Assembly (NCBI GenBank): GCA_018398765.1
Contig: JAHBMJ010000466.1
Span: forward strand, 62,001-126,000
Direction of reading: 5' to 3'
DNA: 64,000 nt
Origin: Chromera velia
Taxonomy: Eukaryota
The position numbers and the translations under genes were made by a program. Below the pieces are notes generated by a model, which saw only the letters and a list, made by a program, of their open reading frames with translations, had not been told where the DNA came from and did no database searches. Shown piece after piece: positions 1 to 12,765 of this stretch. The first letter of the stretch is position 1. The number at the start of each line of letters is the position of its first letter.

Positions 1-250
1 TCAAAAGTTGGAGAGAAAGGACGAGCAAACAAAGCAACGGAGGGACGGGCGCAAACAGGAGAAAGGAACGAAAGACAGAACCAAATAAGGAAAGAAATAG
101 GACTCTCTTTATCCCTATCCATCTATTTGCCTATTTATCTATCTGTCAGCTCTCTCTTCGTCTGCTCGTGTGTGGGAGCCCTCCCTGCAAAAACACATGC
201 ACCCATCTTCCAACGATCCGAGTCACAGATTGACTCGCTGACTGACTGAC

Positions 251-750
251 CCCCTCTCGATGATGTGGTTTGGGTACTCTATCGTTGCCTGGTCGTAGCC
301 CAGGGAGGTCCATTTGATCACGTAGCACTCTAGACCTGTGTTGGCGTCCGGCCTGTTCGTTCAGTGGAGGCAGGTTCAGACACACAGACAGACAGAGACG
401 GGAGGGCAGAGGAGGGAGGACACTCAGCGATCCAGATAGATACATCTATCTATCTATCAATCATTATTCAGTGTTCCCTTCTCCATGCATCTCGTTCTTC
501 GTTCGCTCACTCTGTCCACACATTCACTCGTTGCCATGTGCCATTTCAAAGCATCACGCTGTTGTGAAGCCGTCTCACCAAAATACTCTCCCTCCCTCTC
601 TTTACACTCTGTCCTTTTGCACGTGGGGGGGCGATACAACTGGAAAGAACGAAAGAATGGATGGGTTAGCGTGTGAAGCCGGTGAGACGATTACAAGCTC
701 GAACGGAAAACAGGAGAGCAAAAAAGAAACATGCTTGGCTTTCTCCTCTT

Positions 751-785
<35 letters not shown>

Positions 786-826
786 TACACACACACAGAT
801 ACACACACACAGGCACCACACACACA

Positions 827-863
<37 letters not shown>

Positions 864-886
864 ACACGCACGTACACTCACACACA

Positions 887-918
<32 letters not shown>

Positions 919-956
919 CACTTACACTTACACACACACACACACACTTACACTTA

Positions 957-989
<33 letters not shown>

Positions 990-2357
990 GATGGCGGTCG
1001 AGAAAAACAAAAGAAAGGAAAGAAGAAACTACTTTGGAGGAATAAAAAAGAAGGAACTCTGAATGAAATGGGGGGGGAAACAAGAGAGAAACTGCATGCC
1101 GACATACATAGCTTTGAAGATACGTTCAGGAACGAGGGCGTCCTCGTCGAGTTGTCTCTGGAGGTTTTCGTTCACTTCCTCTTGTTCTATCTCGTCCTGC
1201 ATGCGTGAACAAACAAACAAAAGGAAATCAAGAGGAAAGCACGACCTTCTTTTCGGTCTGGTCTCTTCTTCCGATTGCATTTCACAGCGCCGGGGAAAGA
1301 ACGAAAAACTGAGAAACGGAATCTTGCGGAAAAGAGAGAGGGGAAGAAATGAAGGTAGCTGGCAGGGAGAGGAAGAAGCTTTCCTTCTCAGTCGTTACGA
1401 GACATTTCTTTTTTTTTACCACAGAGGTTTTTTGCAACAAATCCATTGAAGTATCAGGGAGAGAAAAGGACAAAATATGCGGACTTGCAGAATTTCATTC
1501 GCCAAACGTTGAAAATTTCCTTGCACGAAGCTTCATTATGGCCTCTGTCCTATGTATGTACCCTTACTTACCGGAGTCATCCACTGTCTCCGTACTCGTT
1601 TCTGCTCTTCTTTTTTGAGGAAATTCTCCAACCGTCTCATTCCCCTCACCCTCATGTCCTTCAACTCTTCCTGCGAATGCCAACTGTTGTGCCAATGAGA
1701 CAAGCCCTCCCACTTGATCAGATATTGGGTCTCCGTCCGAGTTTCCTTCTCTTCCTTCTCCTTCTCTTTCTCCCTCCCCTCCTCCCCTTCCTCCTCTTCG
1801 TCTTCCTCCTCCACAGGCACTTCGACGTCGTCCTGCAGGCAGCAGTGAGTAGCGGAGAGAGAGTCTGCTTGCTGGTTGTGCAGAGAACTGAACTGTGAGT
1901 CTGTGATGTTCAAGAAGAAGACAGAGCACAGACAGAGAAAGCAAAAGAAGGGGAAAATCTTGTCGGGCAGGTGCAACGCATCAGACGGGGCAAAAAAAGG
2001 GCAAAAAGAGAAGAGAAGTGAAGTGAAAGGAGAAACGAAGGAAGAACGAACAGTCTGTGACCATGCAGTCAGTAGTCAATTACACTGCTGCTTGAGTTTG
2101 TCTCCTGATTGAAAATGAATCAAGGAAAATGAATCAATCGTGCATGAGTGAGTCAGACAAGACAAACCATCCACCTCCCTCCCTCCCTCTAGCCTTCCCT
2201 TGACCGACCGACCGACCTTGACAGCAATGACCCTCTCGATAGCGTCTGCCTCCCCAAAGTCCTCTTCTCCTCCTGGGAGTGCGTCTGACAGGACAGGGGA
2301 GGCGCTAGGGGCCCCCTGGCTCTCGGGCTGCATGAAGAAGGGGGGAAGGAAGGGAAG

Positions 2358-2410
<53 letters not shown>

Positions 2411-4406
2411 AAGAAAGAAAGAAAGATTCCTCTCTTTGAATGAAGAAGCGGAAGGAAGACAAAGACCGTATGCGCTCTGCTTGCAGGAAAAAGACAAAAT
2501 GTGGAAAGGAAAGAAAAAAGAAAGGAGAGCAAAGGGAAGGGAATGGACAGTGGTGGCTTGGAGGTATAGAAAGGGGCAGAGAGAGAAATGGACTGACCGC
2601 ATGAGGAAGTCGTTTACACAGGCGAAAGAGACAACAAGTAAGGGAGTCTTTTTGCATCAATTCTCACCAGAAACGCAAGTGGCCCAGAATGCAAATGTCT
2701 CTCAGACCAAGTAAACACACGTTCACTTACTCACCGACTGATTTGGCACTTGCAAGTGCCTGCTGGTCTTCCTCTTTCCATCCTCTTCTTCTTCCTCTTG
2801 TTCCATAAATTCGTCTTCGTCCTCTTCTTCATCATCTGCCTCCGACGCTCTGATGTCCTCTCCTTCGTCGTCCTCCTCTCCTTCATGGTAGGAAAAGGAA
2901 AGAGAACTGCCTCCAGCGCTGGAATCGGAATCAGACATCTCGGCATAATTGACGGGTCTTTTGGTGGAGCGGGGGGACTTTCGGAGAGTTTCGGAAGGTC
3001 TGAAGGAATCTGACGATGCTCCGGATTTTCTTTTTTCTCTCTTTTTTTCTTTTTTGCTCTTTTTCTTCTTCTTCCCTTTGTCCTTCTTTTTCTTCTTCTT
3101 TGAAAGCGAGGAAGGAGAAGGAGGAGAGACCACAACGCGAGACTTCGATCTTTTCCCTTCTTCATCGTCCTCTTCTTCCCCTTTTCGTTTTGTTCTGTCA
3201 CGTTTCTTCTTCTTTTGCGTCTCTTTTCCCTCGGTTCTCCCGCTTCCTTTCTTTTTCTTCCTTCTCTCCGTGTCCTCATCAGAGTCACCATCAAACTCCT
3301 CCTCCTCCTCTTCCTCTTCTTCCTCAAAGTCTTCATCATCAGCCGACTCCTCTGCCTCTTCTGAATCAGACTCAAACTCTTCTTCTGAGGACGAGGAACG
3401 TTTCCGCATCCTCTTTTCTCCCCCTTTCTGCCCCCCCCCCTTTCCCCCCACTCCCGCAGAAGCAGATTTTCGATTTGCAGCTGCAGACACAGCACGAGAA
3501 GGAGAAGGAGAAGCAGACGAAGCTACACCTCCCCGTTGTCCCTGTCCTGCTCCCTCTTCATCAGAACTCTCCATGAGAACTTTTCGTCTCGGACCACGAG
3601 AAGATGAACCTCCAACAGAAGAAGATCCCCCTCTCCCCCCTCCTGCAGACGCACTAGACGAAGGCGCCTTCTGCCTTCCTTGCTCTCTCTTCTCTTCCTG
3701 ATTGCTGCTTTTCTTTTGCTTCTTGGGGGAAGGTGAAGGGGAACGACGAGGACCAAAGTCATCCGAGTCTGAGTCGAAACTTTCCCCCATCGCCTCGTAC
3801 CTGTACCTCCCCCCCTGTCCTCCCTCTTCGGATACAGGGGGGGGGGACGTTCTCTCTGCCCCCCCCTGCTTCTTGGATTCGCTCTGGTCCTTTTGGGGTA
3901 TGCTCAACAGGACACCCCCAGCAGAACCCCCTTTCCCTCGGACATCTGAATCAGGAATGGGGGCTGAAGAGGAGACACCCCGTCTTTCTCCTTCCTGATC
4001 ACCCTCTTCCTTCACCTTCTCTTTGTCACCACCTTCAGCGACGTCTCCAAAATCCAGACCTGAAATCTCAGAGTCAGAGGAAGAAGAAGAAGAGGAAGAA
4101 GACGACGAACTGTCACCTTCTTCCTCCCCTCCGCTCTCATCTCCACCCAATAAACCTGGAACATCAAACCCATCCCGTCTGCCCCCCCCTCCCTCCAGAC
4201 CTATTTGACCTGAGCCCCCACCCCCCGACCGGCTATCTGGAGGATTCCCATTCGATGCTCCTGCAAAGACCTGGCCAGAAGAAGCCAACCCCCCCCCTCC
4301 CCCCTGGTGTGCANNNNNNCCCCCCCCTGGAGCCAACCGCCGGAGATCTCACCCCGTCTCCTCCTCCCTCACTGCCAGAAGAAGATGACGAAGTGTCAGA
4401 CCACAT
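251..4406 (-). CDS. CHD1: CHD1-like chromodomain-helicase, 5' part (acidic/basic low-complexity N-terminus + tandem chromodomains); continues off the left edge
   Basis: Exons about 4406-2735 (ATG MWSDTSS, interrupted by N gap 4314-4319), 2327-2217, 1832-1572, 1196-1108, 352-251, with GT-AG sites in consistent phase. Chromodomain 1 QYLIKWEGLSHWHNSWHSQEELKDMRVRGMRRLENFLKK, linker EIEQEEVNENLQRQLDEDALVPERI and chromodomain 2 YVIKWTSLGYDQATIE match the CHD1 pattern. The helicase is not in the window. Confidence 0.85.
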
Positions 4407-5089
4407 CAGCCGACAAAAGAAAGTGTCCTAGGAGAGAAAGACGAGGAGGTCGAACGATATCTTGCAAAACAGACACTTTCAGAAGGCCGAATGAAAACAG
4501 AGACGAACTACAAACAGGCAAAGCAGGCTGATTCTCTTCTGCTCTCTCGGCCCTCAGTTGCTTGAAAACAAGAAAAGAATTTTCTTCCAATCTGTGCCTT
4601 CCTTCCAATCCAGTGTGAACCAAAGGGACCCGACAGAAAAAACGCCGCTGCCACACGGAGCAAGGCAAAGCAAAGCAAGGGATTTGTCCTTGCAGACCCG
4701 CACTGAGCGACACAAAAGAAAGAGCCACACCACTTTTTTTCTCGAAAGCTTGGAGGACGGACACTTCCGAGAGCAGCAGGGTGCGCAGACTCTCGATCAA
4801 ATGAGAAAAGCCACCGCGGGAAATCTACTCCTGTCCTCTGTGCCAGAGAGTGCCACTACCACCATGCAGGCATTTCTGCCAAGACAGCAAAGACGGTCCC
4901 TTGCCCAATTCTCGTTGCGCTAGGCTAGACTCCTCCTCACTGCAGAAGAAATCGATCGATCAGCATCCAATGGATGGATCACAAAGAACGCCCAGAAGAA
5001 CGCAATGACAGCGTGAAAAGACCACTCATGCCGCTAATTTTCAGGGTCTTACCAGGGTTTGCTGCAGGTCGAGTCTGCCGCTTGACTTC

Positions 5090-5295
5090 ACTCAGTCTGC
5101 AGATGTCTGCATGCATGCAGTGATCTGCATGCATGCAGTCGATTGCAGTCATATTATAGTCATATTGCAGTCGCAGTGGCATGCAGTTCCCCGACTTCCG
5201 TCCCAGAGCTATGCCGAGCTAAAAAACGCTGATTCCGACGAGGGCGCGTCGCGCGGCAAAGGACTCACGTACGTCTGACGCGTCTTAATTAGTCT
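5090..5295 (-). promoter_or_regulatory. Putative CHD1 promoter
   Basis: Two CTGCATGCATGCAG palindromes (about 5106-5138), GCGCGTCGCGCG, GACGCGTC and TTAATTA upstream of the CHD1 5' end. Confidence 0.45.
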
Positions 5296-5299
5296 TCAC

Positions 5300-5555
5300 T
5301 AGCCTGGCCTGTCAAAAAAGTGAGCCGGTGAAGATCACCAGGCCCGTCAAATATCCCTGGCCTATCAAAAAATTTCTTGAGGGTTCATGGATACATAGCA
5401 CGTCCCAGCATACCGGCCGTTAGTCCCGTCAAAATAGCGTGTACATGGCCTGTCAAAATAGCCTGGTGCAGGCTAGTTAGTGAGCTCGGCTAGCAGGCTC
5501 ACCAAAAATCCCTGGCCTGTCAAACATTTATAGCCCGTCAAATATCCCCAGCCAG
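5300..5555. repeat. Dispersed short motif cluster GGCC(C/T)GTCAAA, about 7 copies
   Basis: Copies near 5306, 5341, 5359, 5422, 5447, 5514 and 5532, with C/T and G/A variants. Confidence 0.75.
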
Positions 5556-6524
5556 ATAATTTCAATTCCAAGGCACTCACCTTTTTCGCGGGCGCGAGTC
5601 ATATGGCGTGGTGCGCGTAAGGCACTCACCCCGGGGGAGTGTTTAATTAATTTTTCGCTTGCGGAACCATTTTTGACGGTAGTCTTTCCAGGGCCGGTCG
5701 CGCGTGGTCGGGGCACGGGATTTGTGTCTAAAAAAACGCATGCACGCGCATGTCGCTAAAAAAAAAGGCTGACCGTATTAAGTATAGTAGATACGTCTTA
5801 ACTTAAAACGTATCATGTCATGCATGTCTTCGAATGTATTCAAAAGTCAACTCGGGTTATTCGCGGAACAGACTCTATCTGGGACGCTTAGGGACGCTAA
5901 TCAACGCTGATAGACGCTGATGGTAGCTAATGGCGACTGGAAGTTATTTAATTAAAGTAATATTGAGAGCTTTTAAGAGCTTTGGTTTTGATATGAAACT
6001 TTTGGTAAGTGATTTGGTAAGTATTGGTAAGCTCTGGACAGAAATTAGAAAACCGAATGATGGGGGAATACTAGGGAGTACATAAATTTACCACAGTTAT
6101 TTTTTTTAAAAAATCAGTTACAGAATGTTTTCTTTTACAATAAAACATAATAACACAGTAACACGTTTAATATATTTTAACATACTTTTACAGACTTTCA
6201 CCACCCGATAATTCCGGTCCCGATTCACTGGCAGCTAGGAATTCAGATATTGGTAGTGGACCGCGGGCAAAACCCGGAACATCAATGGTATGCTATGTTA
6301 TGCTATTGCCGAACTGTCACATTCTCTCACAGTGATAGTCTCACACTAAAGTACAGTAAAACTTCATTTTTAATTTAAATTTATTTAAATTGAAGGTGCG
6401 TCTATTGTGTAAAAGACCATCCAACGTTTCTTTCAGCCTTTCTGAATGAAAATAATTCCTATCAATCCCAATTTTAAACTAGCTTGATCAGAGGGCGGCT
6501 GGGTCAGCCTCACCATTGAATCAG

Positions 6525-7753
6525 CTAGGGCCGGTACCAGTGCACTCTGGGAGACGGGGGCATGTTGCGACTGTGGTGTGAGGACGCAACGGAGCCCTGA
6601 TGATGGGGTCTGCCCATCCACTGCCGGATCGACGGGGCAAAGAAGATGAGGGCAATCACGGCAATCAACAGGAGAAGGGACCCGACAGGACCCCGGCCAT
6701 GAATCATCTCTGCCATCACACCCCTCCCCATGCTACTGCATGCAGAGAGAAACAGACAGACAGGCAGGCAGACAGGCAGGCAGGCAGGCAGGCAGACAGG
6801 CAGACAGACAGACAGACAGGCAGGCAGACAGGCAGGCAGGCAGGCAGGCAGACAGACGGACAGACGGACAGAGACATGCCGGCAGATTGACAGTAAGTAA
6901 TCGGAAGGACACCATAGTCCTGTGCATAGTCCAGTCCTGTGCATAGTCGTTCCTGCAGGCAGGGCTAACTAGACTGGAAACCAGAAAGGAAAGCTGGTAA
7001 GCAGGAAAGAAAAAAAGGAAGGAAAGAAAGAAATGAGAAAGATGCAAGAAAAAACAACGAAAAGGAAGAGAGAACGGCGGATACAGCGAAGCCCACTCGA
7101 TGCACACTCATTGAAGGAGCCGTAGCAGATGCCACAAGGGACGTCAGAGGAAAGCAAGCAAACCCGTTTATTTTTGCTTGACGTGATTGCTGATCGATTC
7201 CTTTCTTTGACGTATTCATGTTGAGACGACTGACGAATTTGACATCCTCAGCACAACCGCCCCACTCCTTGCCCCTTCTAAAATTTGAAGCAAACCTCTA
7301 AGCCGCTCGACTGTGTCTGCACACACACATACACACACATTCATGCAGAATCAGATTATATGCGTCTGTGAACATGAATGCATTTGTTTGCACCACAACA
7401 ACTGAATTCCTCTCGTCCGCTTCTCAAGTCGCCTCTCCAAAACGTTTCTATTGCGGAGTGCGCGAGACAAGACACGCTCCCTGTTGTATAGCCGGACAAC
7501 CTCCCATGCACATGCACGCGACGAAATGATGAAGTAAAAAACAAAACGCCCACAATTTAGACAGGCATCGAAGCGCCTGAGGGTCTGCCTGCCACCAAAA
7601 AGAGACGAAAAGACCGCATGAGAAACCCCCAGTGCGAAGGAGGAGAGGGCCTGAAGCTGCCGGGACTACTCTTCCTCTCTTCTCCTTGCGATTCCTCTCT
7701 GTTGTCCTTCTCTTAGATGGCCTCTCTCTCTCTCTCTCCCTCTCTCTTTCAGG

Positions 7754-7793
<40 letters not shown>

Positions 7794-8425
7794 GCCTTCC
7801 CCTTTCTTTCTTTCTCTTCTCCTTCTTCTTCTCTCTCCTGAAAGACTGCCTGCCTGCCTGCCTGCCTGCCTGACTGCCACACTGACTTGTGCATGAGGAA
7901 AACTGCAGCCGCTCGGATCTGGAGAGTCTCAAAACCTTCGCGAGCCAAAAGGAGGCCTTCTCGAAGTCCGCAGAGGAGCCACCCTGAATGAAATACAAAA
8001 AAGAATTAACAAAAAGGAATCAAACACAAGAACGAGCGAGAGGAGCCACCCTGAGTGAAACACAAAAAAGAATTAACAAAAAGGGATCAAACACAAGAAC
8101 GAGCGCGAGGAGCCACCCTGAATGAAAAACAAAAAAGAATTAACAAAAAGGGATCAAACACAAGAACGAGCGAGAGGAGCCACCCTGAATGAAATACAAA
8201 AAAGAATCAACAAAAAGGGATCAAACACAAGAACGAACGAGAGGAAGAAAGAAAATGCACGGCAGACGAAGAGGAAAGTAGTAGAAAACATTAAAGGGAA
8301 AGAAGGATGAAAGAAGAAAGCACTCAAAACAAGGAGGACACAAGAAATAAGGGACAGACACAGAAACATACGGACAGCCCACACCCTCTCCAAGAAACAA
8401 TCCTCCTCTTCGTCCCCTACCCCCT

Positions 8426-8460
<35 letters not shown>

Positions 8461-9187
8461 ATCTCCCGAAGGAAAGAAAGGAAGAAGACAGAAAAGCATG
8501 AAAGAAAAGAGGCTCCGCAAAAGAAAACAGACCGACAAACCTCCCCCGCTCCCTTCCAACGAACTCACATTCGGGGCGATGGTGGGAGCAGCTCCATGAG
8601 TCATGTCGAAGATCTGCATTCCCGAGTGCCCGAGAGATCTCTTCAATCTGCATGCATAATGCATCATCATAGGGCAAACAAACAGGCACTCTAGTTGAGG
8701 ATGCTTTTCTATGAACAACAACCATTTGGAAACACGGGCACCCCTTCAGTCAGCCAGCCAGCCTGTTTCTACGCTCTACAGTCAGATGTATTGATGCAGA
8801 CTCTGCACATTCGCACGCACCCACGCTACTTTCAATAATGGCAGATGCAATAATGGCGCTACTTTAATATAATGAAATTCGCATTGGCAGATGCAAACTA
8901 ACTCCCTGTCTGACCGACTTTTGCAGTTGTGCCTGTGCCCTTGTCCACATGACCCTCGCTTGTGACAATTCGTCCATCCCTGCCGTCTCTCTCTGCAAGT
9001 CGATAGCCGCCTGTGTAGCGGAGGAAGAAGACGAGTCGGAAGAGGAAGGAGGCCGTATCCCGTTGGGGATGGCTGTGTCCTCTGTTGTCTCTCTCTCTCC
9101 GTCTCGCCCGAGGCGAACTCTCACACCCTCTCCTCCCTCCGTTTCGGCGCTTCTATTCAATCCTTCAGACGGTAGTGCTGCAGCAGG

Positions 9188-9223
<36 letters not shown>

Positions 9224-10088
9224 GAGAAGTAGAGAGGCAGAGAGGGAGAGAGAGAGAGAGAACGACAGGAAGGCAGCAAGAAAACAAATCGAGACGACAG
9301 AAAGAACAGAAGAACCCGAACGAACCAAAGCAAGTTGGCTGGTCGTCTCTGATCAACCACAATAAGAAAGAATTTATTCCCCCCAACGTCTTCTTCGAAC
9401 CCCCTCCATGCCGTCTGTTTTGTCCCTTTCTCAGGGATGAATCATGCCCCAATTCGTTATTTCTTTCTTCCTTCCTGCTCACCTGAGCTTTGAGCCACTT
9501 GGCTTGACAATGCCCTGCATGAATGGATAAGTGGAGTGGAGACGGGCGTCAACACACACACACACACACACACAAACACACACGCACAGAGAGAGAGGGG
9601 GGGGGNGGGGGGGGGGGGGGAGAGAAGGAGAGAAGGAACAGGTTCGCGAAAAACAAAAGCAAAGATGAGGAAGGAAACAAAAGTGCCCACCCACCCACTC
9701 AGGTTCCCTCCTTCCCTTCTTCCCACCTGTCCGGCACGCCTTCCACGAAGGAAGAAAAAAGAAACTTCCCTCACTCTTTCATTCATTCATCCTTCCATTC
9801 CCTTCTCTCCTTCCATTCTTTTTTACCTTCCGAGTGGCTCCCCCCTCCCCTCCCCATGCAAAGAGAAAGGAAGGAAGGAAGGAAGGAAAGAAAGAAAGAA
9901 AGACAGACAGACAGAAAGAAAGAAAGAAAGAAAGGAAGGAAGGAAGGAAGGAAGGAAGGGAAGGAAGGAAGGAAGGGAAGGAAGGAAGGAAGGAAGGAAG
10001 GAAGGGGAGGAAGGAAGGGAAGGAAGGAAGGAAGGAAAGAAAGAAGGAAGGAAGGAAGGAAGGAAGGGAGGGAGGAAAGAAAGAAAAG

Positions 10089-10129
<41 letters not shown>

Positions 10130-10176
10130 GAAAGAAAGAAAGAAAAGAAAGAAAGAAAAGAAAGAGAGAAAGAAAA

Positions 10177-10208
<32 letters not shown>

Positions 10209-11052
10209 AAAGAAAGAGAGAAAGAAAAAAGAAAGAAAGAAAGAAAGAAAGAGAAACAACCAAGAAGGAATTAAGGCCATACGAAGTGAACCGACCGATC
10301 GAAAACAGGCGCAGCCCGGAGAAGCGAGTAGGGTCTGTTCTCTCCCTGGATTGGCCCCTCCGTTATTTGAATTCTGTGCAGAGTTTTGGAGCTGAAGGCA
10401 GGCACAGCATGAAGGCAGGCACTCACCTATTTGTTTAATTGAAAAATGGAGGAAGCACAGTGGAGTCAGTGTCCATCTGCTGTTTAGAATTGGTGTTCTT
10501 CTTTTTTTTGCCGCTCGTTTTGAAATCCTTTCACTCAAATGTGAACAGCAAAAGAAAGAAAAAAGACGCAATTAAGAATACTGCAGGAGTGCATGGCTGC
10601 TCAAGTCCCTTTTTCCCGTTCGATTCGACGGCGCTCTCCTCTTTTCTCTGCCTGAATGAAGTGTTTACTCTTTTTCATTCCTTTTTTGTCTAGCTTGCGT
10701 CACCACTGACTGAATGACCGCTAGAGAATCTCTCGGTTTGTGTCTGTGTGTGTTTCTTTTTTCTCTTTACAGACAGACAGCCAGAGAAACAGACACAGAG
10801 ACAGAGACAGAGGCACAAAGACAGACAGACAGACTCACATGATGTGTTTCCCCTGTGAGTGAGGGAACACCTCCACTAACTGCAGGCAGGGGGAGAGGAG
10901 GGCGTGACTGCAAGCTGAAAAATCGACAAAGCGCCTGACAGGGTGACCTGGGAGGAAGGAATGAAGCAAGGAAATGTCAAATGATTTCAACAACTACACT
11001 CAGACCGACTGACAGAGAGACAGAGACAGAGACAGAGACAGAGACAGAAACA

Positions 11053-11105
<53 letters not shown>

Positions 11106-11130
11106 AGAGACAGAGAGAGAGAGAGAGTGA

Positions 11131-11174
<44 letters not shown>

Positions 11175-12715
11175 ATGTGCACATGCAAGGACACCGGCAG
11201 ACCAAGACAAGGAGGATGCCGAACAAAACGCAAAGGAGGGTCGTGCAGCGCGAAGGCACCAGGATGAAGGAATGAGAGGCAGGCAGCAGATCCCCTGAAT
11301 AAATGAACACAGGCGGAACTTCTTCGTTCGCACGCTAGTCAGTCAGACAGACATCATCTTGCATGTCCACAGTACAAACAGCACACTGAATTCTTCGTAG
11401 TTGAAGGATGGCAGCTCGGATGGGACCGACCTCGAGACACACACCCTGAAATCTTCCCCCTGCCTCCTCGCCCCCCACCGGCAAAAGGGAGGGCTCCACC
11501 AACGCAATCCGCCTGTCTCCCTGTGAAGAATTAAAGGAGGAAAACGAGAGTGAGAGGGAGTTAAAAGTTTCGAACAGCAAGGATAAGTTGAGAGCTTCAA
11601 ATCGACTGCCACGCAGATGTTCACTCATTCTTTCTTTACAGCCTGAATGAATGGAGGGATGGAGAGACGGGGTAGGGAAAGAAGGGCAGACTTGGAAGGA
11701 AAAAGAGGGAGACAGGGACGTGTGCACATACATACCTGCAGAGAGTGCTCGACCATCTCGAGATATTGGGGTTCGTAGATGAAGAACGGGCATTTCTCGC
11801 CTGCACGCGATTGGCGCACGATTCTTTATTACAGAAGACTTTCTTCAGTCAGACGGAGGAATGGGAAGAGAAGAGACCAAAAGGGGAGGGAAAAAGAAAC
11901 AGGGAATGAGTGACTGGTGCACAGCAAGCGGTCGTCTCGCAAGCAGAAATTTGCAGTACCAGACAAACGCAAAAGTGCACAGAAGCAGATCGACACTCGG
12001 AAAGAAAAACCAGCCACGCAACTCATTCATTCACATCACAAATCTTGAAGAAGACCGATGACGACTAGGACACGAGGCTTCGATCCCTCCCTCACTCCGT
12101 GCCTGTCTGTCTGTCTGTCTGTCTGTCTGTGCCTATCTTTTTAATGGGTTTACCGCACAAGAGAGCAAAGTCTCAATCTTGACCGGAGAACGAGTCAAGA
12201 GAAAGGAACGAAAGGAACCCGGAGGACCGGGGTAGCAACGCTTTCTTTGCCAGTCGAGAGAGAAAGAAAAACACACATGCACACTCACTCTTCGAAACTG
12301 ACCAGGGAAGAGCAGAGGAGCCCCACTGAAGGAAAATAACGGCAAGAGAGATTCTCCTCCGGCTTCACTCGCACGGAGTCGCCAACTCTCTGCCTCTGCA
12401 TGGAGCATGCAGTCATTCGTACTTGGTCCATCAGTTCATTCCCCGTCTTTCTGTTTGTTTGCCTCTCAGATTGCGTCTCTCCCCGTCGGTTTCTTCACAC
12501 TTCTCTCACCCAACCTGACCACGAGCGAGAAAAAGAGAGGCGGACAAAAGGAAACCAAACCAACAGAGAGAACGCAAAACACCAACGTACCTGCTGCCTT
12601 TCGTGCCTCTGCCTCCTCTTTCCGTCTCCAGACGGTCAACTCAGGGAACCGGTCTGCATGGAGAACAGAATCAAAGGGGGGACAAAAAGTAAAGACACAC
12701 ACACGGTTCGCAGAA

Positions 12716-12765
<50 letters not shown>

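Noticed and set aside
2949..4431. Plus-strand Ser/Phe-rich ORFs
   Set aside because: Antisense shadows of the low-complexity CHD1 first exon.
9523..10571. K/E/R-rich and F/L/S-rich long ORFs
   Set aside because: Translations of an intronic polypurine tract.
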